A stretch of 63,877 nucleotides of DNA, from NCBI RefSeq assembly GCF_036365525.1, contig NW_027142279.1:124001-187877 (forward strand), read 5' to 3'. The stretch is from Heterodontus francisci (Eukaryota). The position numbers were made by a program, and so were the translations under genes. Below are positions 23,808 to 36,347 of this stretch, in pieces. Numbering within the stretch: position 1 is the first letter of the stretch; each line of letters starts with the position of its first letter. The notes beneath the pieces were generated by a model. It was not told where the DNA came from and searched no databases. It saw only the letters and a program-made list of their open reading frames with translations.

Positions 23808-25214
23808 CAGTGTTGTCTTTCTCCAAAGGGACAGCAGAGGGCGGTGTAGGACCGTGATAAGTATCAGATTATTGATGATGTTTCAATAGGGACTTTGAAA
23901 CTTGTCCATGAACCGCTCCTGATAATTATAGAACTACATCCCGGTTACAGTCTGGTGAACTGAACACAAGGTACCGCAGATGCTGGATGGTTTAGGTTCT
24001 GGATGGTTTAGGTCACTATATTGGAGCTTAATGCGTTTCTGGGGTATAAATAAATAAGGATGGAAATACTAATCAGGTCAGACAGCCTCTGTGGAGAGAG
24101 ACAAAACATTAACATATCAGGTCGTAGACCTTTCAACAGAACTGGAAGGATTTAGTGATCTATCAGCTATTAAGCAGCAGAGAGCCAGGGAGAGGGAGAA
24201 TGGGAGGAATGCAGGAGAGACTTAATAACAAAACTGAGGCTGGTGCAAGACAAAGGAGATGTTAATGGGTCAAGTAAAGAACAAGAGATGGGTCTAGAGG
24301 AGGTGAAAGTAGCAGAAACACAATTATTACCAACAAACCTCTGCCCATATAAACCGGAGCAGTTGTTACGATCAGAAATTGTTTAACTCACTGTTGAGCC
24401 CAGAAAGCTGCAAAGTATTCAATTGAAAGATGATGTGCTTTTCTTCGAGTTTCTGTTGAGCTTCACTGGAGCAGAGAAGGAGGTCGAGGACAAAGAGGTG
24501 GGAGTGGGAATGAGAATTAAAAGTATCCGCTAACCGGAATCTCAGGGTCACACTTGCAGCCTGAATGCAGGATGTTCCACAATGCTGTTAGCCTGTTGCT
24601 GTACTTGGTCTCTGCAGCTAGTCCCACTCCCCCTGCCCTTTCTAAATAACACTGCATATTTTCCTTACACATAATTATTCAAATTTCCTTTTGAAAGCGA
24701 TGATTGAAACTGCCTCCCCCGCACTCTCAGGTAGTGCATTCCAGATCCTAACCATTCACTGTGTCAAAACGTTTCCTCAGTTCACCTTTGGATCTTCTGC
24801 CAATTACCATCAATAAGTGACCTCTGGTTCTCAATCAATCCGGTGATGAAACATAGAGACAGAGAGGGTGAATCAGGGAGACGTCGTGAGGAAAAGCTCA
24901 GTGGAAATGAACGGGACAGAGGGACACAGAGACAGAAAGATGCACACACACACAAACACACACAGATGCAGAGAGAGAAAGAGAGTGAAAGAGTTGTAGA
25001 CATAAAGCTGGATGTATGCAAATAGAGAGAGAGAGAGACATTGTCAACCTACTCCACTCTGACTTGTCTACCTGGGCGTCACCATCTCTGCATCACTTCC
25101 TAATGCTCTTCCTTTTCCTCCCAATGATTTGTAAAGAGTGGGTTGGTTATTAACAACACTCATCACTCCTGCTCTCTCCCCTTTGCTGATTCAGAGGGCA
25201 GCTTAAAGTAAATG

Positions 25215-25688
25215 ATGTATCTGTTACTGACTCTGATCAACCTGTTTCACCGTAAGGCATTTTATTGAAACAATAATACTACTTAACATTTCTTTAGGTG
25301 ATGTTTTTATTTATTTATTTCTCTCTTTCTCTCTCCCACTGGACTGAAGTTCCCTGTTTACTGATCTCCTCCTCTCCCTGTCTCTTTCCCAGATGTGAAC
25401 TCACAGAATATCCACCAGACTCCCGCCGCTGTCTCCAAATTTTCTGAGGAGCAGGTGAAGCTAAAATGCACCATGCAGGGCAGCAGTAACCCTGACATGT
25501 TCTGGTACAGACAATACCCGGGGAAGGAGCCACAGTTTATGTTTTACTCCACAGGTACTGATCACATAAATCCGGAGAAGGCGGTGGACGGTGTCACCGC
25601 CGAGAGACCGACTAGCTCCCAGTTCAATCTGGAGCCCTCCAGCCTGCGGGAGAATCACACGGCCGTGTATTTCTGTGCCTGGAGAGAT
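25215..25688 (+). CDS. TRBV: TCR beta V segment, TRBV30-like; leader 25215-25251, V exon 25393-25688
   Basis: GTAAGG donor, in-frame acceptor, C-W-C landmarks, ends YFCAWRD. Confidence 0.93.
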
Positions 25689-25727
25689 CACAGTGACTCA
25701 GAGAGTTGGAGCAGTTCAACAAAAACC
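25689..25727 (+). other. 23-RSS
   Basis: CACAGTG - 23 nt - ACAAAAACC (full consensus). Confidence 0.97.
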
Positions 25728-27487
25728 CCAAAGGCAGCAGGAAACACCTGTGGAGGGTAAAACTGCCCGAAGCCTCGAATTTCTTTCGTTTTGCAGAGCG
25801 AAAGTGTTTATGATAACAAGAAGAGATGGGTCAGAGTGGTAGTGAGTGATTAGATATACAGGTAGTAGAGAATGTGCTAAGAACAATTGACAAGGATAAC
25901 ACGAAATCTGAGATTCTAACTATCAGGAAAGATCAACTATAAAACGACTTGAGTTCTTCTGCATTGACACTGAGTTTTCCTCCTCTGTAGGGTTAACAGA
26001 AAGTGCTCCAGGACCATGAATACACAATGGCCTGGCAAACATTTAATAGGAAAACAGAAAGAGGCAGAGATCATACAGCCCTCGAGCTTCATACACATTG
26101 ACAGGAGAAGCACATTCATCACCTTAGAGAGGGATATACACACACACAGTGAGAGAGACAAAGAGAGGGAGACCGAGTGTGTGAGAGAGGGATAGAACAA
26201 GATTGAGAGGAAAACTGACAGAGACAGAGAGACTGAGACAGAGAGACAGAGACTGAGACAGATAGACCGAGACAAAGAGACAGAGAGACTGAGACTGAGA
26301 CAGAGAGAGACTGAGAGAGACTGAGAGAGAGACTGAGAAAGAGAGATTGAGACAGAGAGGAGAAGAGAGAGGAGAGCGAGGAGGACAGAGAGGGGGAACA
26401 AGAAAGAGCGAGAGGGAAAACAAAAAACACAGAGGAAGAGACTGAGACAGAGACACTGAGACAGAGAGACAGTGAGAGAGACAGAGAGAGAGACTGAGAG
26501 ACAGAGAGAGACAGAGAGTGAGAGAGGGACAGAGAGAGAGAGCGATAGAGAGACTGAGAGAAAGCGACTGAGGGAAAGCGACTGAGACAGAGAGACAGAC
26601 AGAGGAGAGAGAGGAGGACAGAGAGGGGGAAGAAGGAAGTGCGAGAGAAAAGCAAAAAAAAACACAGAGGAAGAGAGTGAGACAGATTGGGAGACAGACA
26701 CACACACACACAGAATGAGACAGGGAGAGAAAGACAGAAAGCAGTAAAACAGAGGGAGACAGTGAATTAAAGACAGAGCGAGTGAAAAACACACGCACAC
26801 ACATGCACAGCTTTGTATCCGTGCCCATTCATCTTCCGGCTCATTGAATAAGAATATCCCGTGATCTCAGGATTGTAACTATCAGGAAAGAATAACAATA
26901 AAAGGACTGGGGCTGTTATAGACTGACACTGTTTATGTTTTCACCACAGGGACAGCTGAGGACGCTCTTGGACCATGTGATGTACAATGGCTTTTGAGAA
27001 GGAGTTCACAGGAAAACTGAAACAGTGAGAGAACGTACAGTCCTCCAGGTTGATATACATGACCAGGAGAAGGAAATCCACATCCTTAGAGAGAGAGAAG
27101 AGAGAGAGAGAGACACACACAGCGAGAGAGACAGAGAGACAAACAAAGAGAGAGAGAGAGACCTAATGTGTGTGTATCTGTGAGAGAGAGACTGAAATAA
27201 ACAGACTGAGACATATTGGGAGGCACAGAAGAGAGACAGAGAGGAAGAAAGGAGCATCACAAGTAAAGGACAGGGAGAGACAGAGAGAGAGAGAGAAAGT
27301 GGGTCATTGGCAACCAACTGGATTCTCATTTGTTGATGTGGGAAATGAACGTCACCATCTCTGCATCACTTCATAATGCTCTCCCTGTTCCTCCCAATGA
27401 TTTGTAAAGAGTGGGTTGGTTATTGACAACACTCATCACTCCTGCTCTCTCCCCTTTGCAGATTCAGAAGGCAGCTTAAAGTAAAAG

Positions 27488-27972
27488 ATGTATCTGTTAC
27501 TGACTCTGATCACCCTGTTTCACCGTAAGGAATTTTATTGAAACAATAATTCTACTTAACATTTCTTTAGGATATGGTTTTATTTATTTCGTTCTCTCCT
27601 TCTCTCTCTTTCTCTCTCCCCACTGGACTGAATTTCCCTGTTTATTGATCTCCTCCTCTCCCTGTCTCTTTCCCAGATGTGAACTCACAGACTATCCACC
27701 AGACTCCCGCCTCTGTCTCCAAATTTTCTGAGGAGCAGGTGAAGCTGAAATGCACCGTGGATGGCACCAGTAACCCTTACATGTACTGGTACAGACAATA
27801 CCCGGGGAAGGAGCCACAGCTGATGTTTTACTCCCTAACTGCACAAAGGGTGAACTCAGAGGGGACGGTGGAGGGTTTCACCGCCGAGAGACCGACTGAC
27901 TCCGAGTTCAACCTGCAGTCCTCCAGCCTGCGGGAGAATCACTCGGCCGTGTATTTCTGTGCCTGGAGAGAT
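27488..27972 (+). CDS. TRBV: TCR beta V segment, TRBV30-like; leader 27488-27524, V exon 27677-27972
   Basis: SQTIHQTP...KCTVDGTSNPYMYWYRQ...HSAVYFCAWRD; canonical splice sites. Confidence 0.93.
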
Positions 27973-28011
27973 CACAGTGACTCAGAGAGATGGAGCAGTT
28001 CAACAAAAACC
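27973..28011 (+). other. 23-RSS
   Basis: CACAGTG - 23 nt - ACAAAAACC. Confidence 0.97.
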
Positions 28012-29093
28012 CTAAAGGCAGCAGGAAACACCTGTGGAGGGTAAAACCGTTTGGTGCCTCCAGCTGTTGTTTCCTTATTCAGAGTGACAGTGTTTGTTAC
28101 AATAAAAAGAGTTGAGTTATGATTATAGTGACACACTAGATTTACAGGTACTGCCGAGGGTGCAATGAACGATTAATGAGGATGTCACGAGATCTCAGAA
28201 TGTAACTATCAGGAATCAATGACAATAATCTGGGTTTTTATGCACTGACCCTGTGTTTACCTTCTCCACAGGGACAGCAGAGGGGGATCCAGGACCATGG
28301 ACCAGACAATGGCTTTGAGAAGGATTTAGTGAGAAAACTAAGAGAGCAGGAGATCATGTCGATCCAGCTTAATATACATCAACAGGACAAGGACACCCAC
28401 TACTTTAGAGAGAGAAAGAGAGTGTATGTGTGTGAAAGAGAGAGCGAGATCTAGTGAGAGAGAGGAAAAACGACAGGCAGAGTTAAAGAGACTGAGACAG
28501 AGAGGGAGACAGAGATAGAGGCAAAGACAGTGAGACAGCAAGAGACACATAATGAGAGAGAGAGAGACACTGAGATAAAGAGCTTGTGACAGATAGGGAG
28601 ATAGATCTAGAGAGAGACAGAGACAGGGAAATAACTGAAGAGATAACAAGATTAAGAGAGAGGGAGAGTCAGAGAGAAGGAGAGAATGGGAGACATAACC
28701 TTAGATACATGAGGAGAGAGAGAGTCAGAGAGAGAAAGTGAGCGAAGATAGACTGAGTTAGAGAGGGAGAGAGAGTCTGAGAAAGGAAGAGAGTGGGAGA
28801 CATAAACCTAGACACATGAGGAGAGAGAGAGAGAGAGACAGAGAGAGAGTGCAAGAGAGCGGAAGGTAAACTGAGATAGAGATAGATAGAGAGAGAGAGA
28901 GAGAAGCAGAATGGCAGCCAATTCAATTCTGATTTGTTGACCTGGGTGAATGGGCGTCTCCAACATTGTATCACTTCCTAATGCTCTTCATGTTCCTCCC
29001 AATGATTTGTAAAGAGTGGATTTGGACCTTCACAAGACTCTAAGCTCCTGATCTCACTCCTGTGTCTATTAAGAGAACAAGTTGAAGTGAAAG

Positions 29094-29549
29094 ATGTATC
29101 AGTTACTGGGTCTGATAATCCTGTTTCATTGTAAGTGAGTGTGAAATACAAAGATTATCGGTAATAACTTTCCTCTCTTCTCCCTGTCTCCCTTTCATTC
29201 AGAGATGTTCCCTGTTTACTGATCTCCTCCTCTCTCCATCTCTCTCCCAGATGTGAACTCACAGACTATCCACCAGACTCCCGCCGCTGTCTCCAGATTT
29301 CCCGGGAAAGGAGTGGAACTGAGGTGCACTGTGGAGGGGAGCAGCAGTAACATCTACATGTACTGGTACAGACAAGAGCCGGGGAAGGAGCCGCTGTTGA
29401 TGTTTTACTCCAGTATTGCTAAATATGTGGATCCAGAGGGGACGGTGGACGGTTTTACCGCCAAGAGACTGAATAAGTACGAGTTCAAACTGGAGTCCTC
29501 CAGCCTGCGGGAGAATCACTCGGCCGTGTATTTCTGTGCCTGGAGTCTT
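29094..29549 (+). CDS. TRBV: TCR beta V segment, TRBV30-like; leader 29094-29130, V exon 29251-29549
   Basis: Leader MYQLLGLIILFH with GTAAGT donor; ...RCTVEG...WYRQ...YFCAWSL. Confidence 0.93.
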
Positions 29550-29588
29550 CACAGTGACTCAGAGAGATGGAGCCGTTCAACAAAAACC
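29550..29588 (+). other. 23-RSS
   Basis: CACAGTG - 23 nt - ACAAAAACC. Confidence 0.97.
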
Positions 29589-30534
29589 CCAAAGGCAGCA
29601 GGAAACACCTGTTTCAGATAAAACCAGGCGGTGCTGCTTCCTGTTGGTTGTTTGTTTTTATCATTGGTAACATGTTTTTCACAAGACAGGGCGGATTTAA
29701 ATAGAAAGTGACAGGTTAGATATCGAAGCACAGGGGAATTGTGGAACAGACTTTACAGGAATGATATCAGAACACAGAGGTTAAAGTTATCAAGAAAGTT
29801 TGAACATCGGGGATCAGAAACTGAAGGGTAAACATTCAACGGTCTTAGAGAGATTATTACAGATTTTAATATGTGAAATGAAGATCAGATAAACACAGTT
29901 AGATAGAGAGAGAGATAGATAGATAGAGAGAGAGAGAGAGATACATCCGTTGTCGTTGGATGTCACAGTGTTTTCTTTCTCCAAAGGGACAGCAGAGTGA
30001 GCTGTTGGACCATGATAAACATCAGAGTCTGGAACACACTTTAACAGCGACCTGGGAACACAAGGAGAACATTCATCACCTCGGAAACACTCCGCCCTTC
30101 AATGAGATCATGACTGATCAGTAACGTCCTGTCGCTCCCTCTCTCCATCCCTCTCTCTCCCTCTCTCCATCCCTCTCTCTCCATCCCTCTCTCTCCCTCT
30201 CTCTCCCTCTCTCCATCCCTCTCCCTCCAAACCTCTCCCTCTCTCTAGCCCTCACTACACGGTGGCAAACAACCCCACAATGTATAGGAACTAACTCAGC
30301 TCGGAACCCTTATCCATCTGAGCGCTGTTTCACACTGTTCAAAGGTGACACCCCTCTCCAGATACCTTCATCTCCGGGACTGGGACGTCTGCCTCCTGAC
30401 GGCGAGTTCAGAAGCTGCTGAAAACTGTTTACCCACTTCCATCTCGGGCTCGAGTCACATTTGATGTGTTCTTCAAAGAAACTAGCAGTTCAGACCAGTA
30501 AACAATTTAACCCCTTTAACTCCCATTCAGCAAA

Positions 30535-30895
30535 GAAGTACGGTAGCAGAGCAGTTATGTTACTGGACTAGTAATCCAGAGGCCTGGGCTAATGATCCCC
30601 AGACTTGAGTTCAATTCTCAGCAGGGGCAGAAATGGAATTTAAATTCAATTAAATAAATAAAAATCTATCAGAGAAAGCATGAGTAATCCTGAACATGGA
30701 GTGTCGTAAAAACCCAACGTATTCATTGATAACCTTCAGGGAAGGAAATCTGCCGTCCTTACCCGGTCTGGCCTATATGTGACTGCAGACCCACAGCAAT
30801 GTGGTTTACTATTAACTGCCCTCTGATATGGCCCAGCAGGTATTCCCGAAGATGGTTCACCAACACCTTCTCAGGGGCAATAAGGGATGGGCACA
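30535..30895 (+). mobile_element. tRNA-derived SINE-like repeat
   Basis: Head gttactggactagtaatccagagg...gagttcaattc with a B-box-like motif; a partial reverse copy lies at about 12060-12165. Confidence 0.55.
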
Positions 30896-31181
30896 CTCTC
30901 TGGGTATAGAGGGTTGTATCCCTGAATTCTACTCTATCAAATCCCTTTGTGAAATGTGAACACCTCTATTCAATCTCCCCCTATCCTCCTGTGTTGTATC
31001 ATTCAACAACATTGCTATGTAAAGTAATGGGGTGCAGCAGAGTGTCACAGTAAGTGACTGCCAATCACAATGACAACCGGATGCTGGGTATTTAATTGAA
31101 CACAATATAGAAACCGCCTGCAAGTGTGTTGTTGAAAACTCCACACGTTCACACATCGAGTTAGTATCGAATGAAGAAATC

Positions 31182-31882
31182 ATGTTGCTTGAAGTTCTCT
31201 GTCTAATCTTGATGCCTGCCCTGTTCCCACGTAAGTCAAAGTCTGAAACTGTAGAATAATGTATTGCAATGTCAGCGGTGATTCTGTTCCGTAACACTCC
31301 TGTGTCAGAGTCTCACTCCAGAACACTTGAGCTCAAAGTCAAGGCTAACACCCCAGGTGTCAGGACTGAGGGAGTGCTGCGCTGTCACAGAGGCAGTACT
31401 GAGGGGCTGCTGCACTGTCGCAGAGGCAGTACTGAGGGAGTAACTACATTGGTTGCCAAGCCCTTTCTGATGTCCTGAGGTCCTGAACGGCGCTATATTA
31501 ATGTAAGCCCTTTCTATCTTGCAATGCAGCTCCTGCTCCAATCCATTATTGACAGAAATAATAAGCTAATCGATGTTCCATCCCACAGGAATACTCTCCT
31601 CCTATGTGGAACAGTCGCCCTCTATCCTATCGATTGCAGCTGGAGATTCGACAACACTCAGATGCACGCTGACCAATACTGGCTATACATTAATGTACTG
31701 GTACAGACAACAACCAGACAGGGCACTGGAAGCTCTGTTCTATTCTGCTGGTCAAGGGTCTGTTACCAATTACACGTCCGAATCATTTAAGGCAGTCAGA
31801 ACCAGCGATACACTGTTTACTTTGGCACTGAGAGACGCCGCTCCATCTCACACCGCTGTCTATTTCTGCGCTTGTAGTATCG
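31182..31882 (+). CDS. TRBV: TCR beta V segment of a distinct family; leader 31182-31230, V exon 31589-31882
   Basis: Leader MLLEVLCLILMPALFP with GTAAGT donor; VEQSPS...LRCTLTNTGYTLMYWYRQQ...HTAVYFCACSI; SINE fragment in the intron. Confidence 0.92.
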
Positions 31883-31921
31883 CACAGTGTTTGAGAAAGC
31901 GGATCAGCAGCTGCAAAAACC
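31883..31921 (+). other. 23-RSS
   Basis: CACAGTG - 23 nt - GCAAAAACC. Confidence 0.96.
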
Positions 31922-31940
31922 TGCAGCGGATGAACAGGAT

Positions 31941-32520
31941 TTCAGTGCTCATCATCCACCGGCAGGGGGCAGCAGTAGATTGAATCTCAGTGCTCATCTT
32001 CCCCCGGCAGGGGGCAGCAGAGAATGAATCTCAGTGCTCATCTTCCCCCAGCAGGGGGCAGCAGTAGATTGAATCTCAGTGCTCATCTTCCCCCGGCAGG
32101 GGGCAGCAGTAGATTGAATCTCAGTGCTCATCTTCCCCCGGCAGGGGGCAGCAGTAGATTGAATCTCAGTGCTCATCTTCCCCCGGCAGGGGGCAGCAGT
32201 AGATTGAATCTCAGTGCTCATCTTCCCCCGGCAGGGGGCAGCAGAGAATGAATCTCAGTGCTCATCTTCCCCCAGCAGGGGGCAGCAGTAGATTGAATCT
32301 CAGTGCTCATCTTCCCCCAGCAGGGGGCAGCAGTAGATTGAATCTCAGTGCTCATCTTCCCCCGGCAGGGGGCAGCAGTAGATTGAATCTCTGTGCTCAT
32401 CTTCCCCCAGCAGGGGGCAGCAGAGAATGAATCTCAGTGCTCATCTTCCCCCAGCAGGGGGCAGCAGTAGATTGAATCTCAGTGCTCATTTTCCCCCGGC
32501 ACTGGGCAGCAGTAGATTTG
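31941..32520 (+). repeat. 44/45-bp tandem array (12 intact + 1 degenerate units), each with a CTCF-like core CC(G/A)GCAGGGGGCAG
   Basis: Unit ttgaatctcagtgctcatcttcccccggcagggggcagcagtaga, counted directly. The CTCF role is inferred from motif match. Confidence 0.9.
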
Positions 32521-33445
32521 ATCCTCCCTGATGTTGGTGGGCACAGTAATGAGCACAGACCAAGCTGTAGAATAGATCAGCAGCCCAGTATGACCCAGAT
32601 ATTGTTCCACCTACATCCCTCGGGCCAGTGTTGCAGAAAACGTTTGCCAGGAGTCCCACCTGACTATTTGAGAATCAACATCTGGCTATTTTTCTGAATT
32701 CGTTCATGGGATGTGGGCCTCGCTGGCCAGGCCAGCATTTATTGCCCATCCCTAATTGCCCTTGAACTGAGTGGCTTGCTAGGCCATTACAGAGGGCATT
32801 TAATAGTCAGCCACATTGTGTGGATCTGAAGTCACATGCAGGCCAGACCAGGTGAAGGCAGCAGATTTCCTTCCATAACTGACATCAGTGAACTAGATGG
32901 ATTGTTGCAATAATGGTCACCATTAGACGAGATTCTTTTGAAAATGTAGATTTATAAATGACATTAAAATTTCATGATCTGTATTGGTGGGATTCACCCC
33001 CACGTCCCTAAAACACTAGCTGGGGCGGTGGTTTAGGAGTCAAATTACCAACACACTAAAACATCCCCTACAGGAGCAGATCATTTGGAATGCAGATGTC
33101 TATAATTGGAAATCTACATGTGGCTAATTTGGGAATGCCGATGAGGTTCATTGGGAATCTGGATCTGTACAATTGGAGATTTCTAATCAGTAAATTAGAA
33201 ACTGAACAACAGAGACACTTGTTGGGGATTTTAACAACACTTACTCCAGTCACTCAACCAAAATAAGCAACCACGTCCAATCTGATTGGTTGGGTGGTAT
33301 AAGGGGGCGTGTCCAATACTGCATCACTTCCTCATGCCCTTCATGTTTTCCTCAATGATTTGTAAAGAGCGGATTGGTTAGTCACAGAATTGATCCCCTC
33401 TGTTCCACTGCCTTTGCTGTTTGGTAGGGCAGTGTCAAGTGGGAG

Positions 33446-33897
33446 ATGTATCTGTTCCTGGGTCTGATAATCCTGGTTCAAGGTGAGTGCCAAATATAAA
33501 GATTATCATTCAGAACCTTCCTCTCCTCTCCCTGTCTTCCTTTCATTCCCAGAAATTCCCTGTTTACTGATCTCCTCCTCTCTCCATCTCTCTCCCAGAT
33601 GTGAACTCACAGACTATCCACCAGATTCCCGCCGCTGTCTCCAGATTTCCCGGGAAAGGAGTGGAACTGAGGTGCACTGTGGAGGGGAGCAGCAGTAGCA
33701 TCTACATGTACTGGTACAGACAATACCCGGGGAAGGAGCCGCTGTTGATGTTTTTCTCCAGCACTGCTAACTATGTGGATCCAGAGGGGACGGTGGACGG
33801 TTTCACCGCCGAGAGACCGACTAGCTCCCAGTTCAACCTGGAGTCCTCCAGCCTGTGGGAGAATCACTCGGCCGTGTATTTCTGTGCCTGGAGTCTT
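33446..33897 (+). CDS. TRBV: TCR beta V segment, TRBV30-like; leader 33446-33482, V exon 33599-33897
   Basis: Leader MYLFLGLIILVQ with GTGAGT donor; ends YFCAWSL. Confidence 0.93.
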
Positions 33898-33936
33898 CAC
33901 AGTGACTCAGACAGATGGAGCTGTTCAACAAAAACC
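33898..33936 (+). other. 23-RSS
   Basis: CACAGTG - 23 nt - ACAAAAACC. Confidence 0.97.
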
Positions 33937-36098
33937 CCAAAAGCAGCAGGAAACACCTGTTTCAGATAAAACCAGGCGGTGCTGCGTCTTGTTGGGTGTT
34001 TTTATCATTGGGAACATGTTTCTCACAAGAAGACAGGGCGGATTTCAATAGAAAGTGACAGGATAGATATAGAAGCACAGGGGAATTGTGAAATAGACTT
34101 TACAGAAATGATATCAGAACACAGAGGTTAAAGTTATCAACAGAATTTGAACTTCGGGAATCTTTGCTCCAGAAAGGAGAAGACTGAAGGGTGAACTTTC
34201 AGCGGTCTTAGAGAGATTATTAAAGATTTTAAAATGTGAANNNNNNNNNNNNNNNNNNNNNNNNNNNNNNNNNNNNNNNNNNNNNNNNNNNNNNNNNNNN
34301 NNNNNNNNNNNNNNNNNNNNNNNNNNNNNNNNNNNNNNNNNNNNNNNNNNNNNNNNNNNNNNNNNNNNNNNNNNNNNNNNNNNNNNNNNNNNNNNNNNNN
34401 NNNNNNNNNNNNNNNNNNNNNNNNNNNNNNNNNNNNNNNNNNNNNNNNNNNNNNNNNNNNNNNNNNNNNNNNNNNNNNNNNNNNNNNNNNNNNNNNNNNN
34501 NNNNNNNNNNNNNNNNNNNAGGGAGGTAACTAGATAGAGATATAGACAGATAGGTAGAGAGATAGAAAGGTAGACAGATAGATGGATGGATGGATGGATG
34601 GATGGATGGATGGATAGATAGATAGGGACGTAGATAGATAGGGAGGTAACTAGATAGAGATATAGACAGATAGGTCGAGAGATAGAAAGGTAGATAGATA
34701 GTTGGATGGATGGATGGATGGATAGATAGATAGGTAGATAGATAGATAGGGAGGTAGATAGATAGGGAGGTAACTAGATAGAGATATAGACAGATAGGTA
34801 GAGAGATAGAAAGGTAGATAGTTAGATGGATGGATGGATGGATGGATATGGTGTGGTTTTATTTCACTGCGTTTTCTTTCTCCAAAGGGACAGTAGAGTG
34901 CGCTGTAGGACCATGATAAACATTAGAGTCTGGAACAAACTTTAACAGTGACCTGGGAACACAAGGAGACCATTCATCACCTCGAAAACAGACCGACCTT
35001 CAATGAGATCATGACTGATCAATGGATTCCCATCGCTCCCTCTCTCTCTCTCCCTCTCTCTCCATCTGTCTGCATCCCTATCTCTCCCCCTTTCCCCATC
35101 CTGCTCTCTCCCACTCTCTTCATCCCTCCTTCTCCATCTCTCTCTATTCCTCCCTCTCCCTCTCTCTCCATCCCTCTCTCACCCACTAGCTACCAAGCTG
35201 GTGTAAAATGAGAGAATGCCAATTAACATTCCTATCTTTTACAGGGGCATGGACTGTCTCTCTATCTAGCTCGCTATTTCTCTACCGATCTGACTTTCCC
35301 TCTATCTCTCTATTTCTCTACCTCTGTATCTATCTGTCTACCTGACTGTCTCTCTATCTATCTATCTCTCTACCTGGTTATCTATCTCTCTGTCCCTCTA
35401 TCTATCCATCTCTGTACCTGGTTGTCTATCTCTCTATCTATCTCTCTACCTGGTTTTATATCTCTCTGTCTCTCTGTCTATCTATCTCTCAAACTGGTTA
35501 TCTATCTCTCTATCTATCTAACTCTATCTTTAGGTGATTACACTTTGTATGAACTAATTAAACATATTGCAATAATGTAATGAATGACCATCTTTTCCTC
35601 GATTTTCTATTTATTGACCAGTCGATGATGAGGTGTGTCATCAATTATTTATCAAAATCCTCTATGATCTTGAATATCTGTATCACATCGAACATTAACC
35701 TTCTGTGCTCGAAGGAGAGAAACCCCCAGCTTCTCCAGTCTCTCCACAGTAACTGAAGTCCCTCATCCCTGGTACCAGTCTGGTTAATCTCCCTCTAACC
35801 TTCACTACACAGAGGAAAACAACCCCCAATGCACAGGAGCTCAATACATTCGGTGATGAAACACAGAGACCAGGGTGATTCAGGGAGACATAGAGAGGAA
35901 AAAATGAATGGAACAGAGGGAGACAGAGACAGAAAGATGCACACAAACACACACACACACACACACACACAGACACACACGCACACACAGATACAGAGAG
36001 AGAAAGAGAGTGAACGAACGGGAGACATAAAGCTGGATACATGCAGAAAGATCGAGAGTGAGAAACAAAGAGTAAGAACGAGAGAGGAAGGCGGATTG

Positions 36099-36161
<63 letters not shown>

Positions 36162-36347
36162 GAGAGCGGCATTGTCTACCTACTCCACTCTAACTTGTTG
36201 ACCTGGGCGTCACCATCTCTGCATCACTTCCTACTGATTTCCCTGTTCCCTTTACAATGATTTGTAAAGAGTGGGGTGGTTGTTGACAACACTAATCACT
36301 CCTGCTCTCTCCCCTTTGCTGATTCTGAGGGCAGCTTAAAGTGAAAG

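Noticed and set aside
25689-25760. Conserved C-terminal peptide HSDSERWSSSTKTPKAAGNTC on V ORFs
   Set aside because: Simply read-through of the RSS and flank of recent paralogues.
31941-32520. CRISPR-like regular repeats
   Set aside because: Vertebrate DNA; head-to-tail units with no unique spacers and no cas genes.
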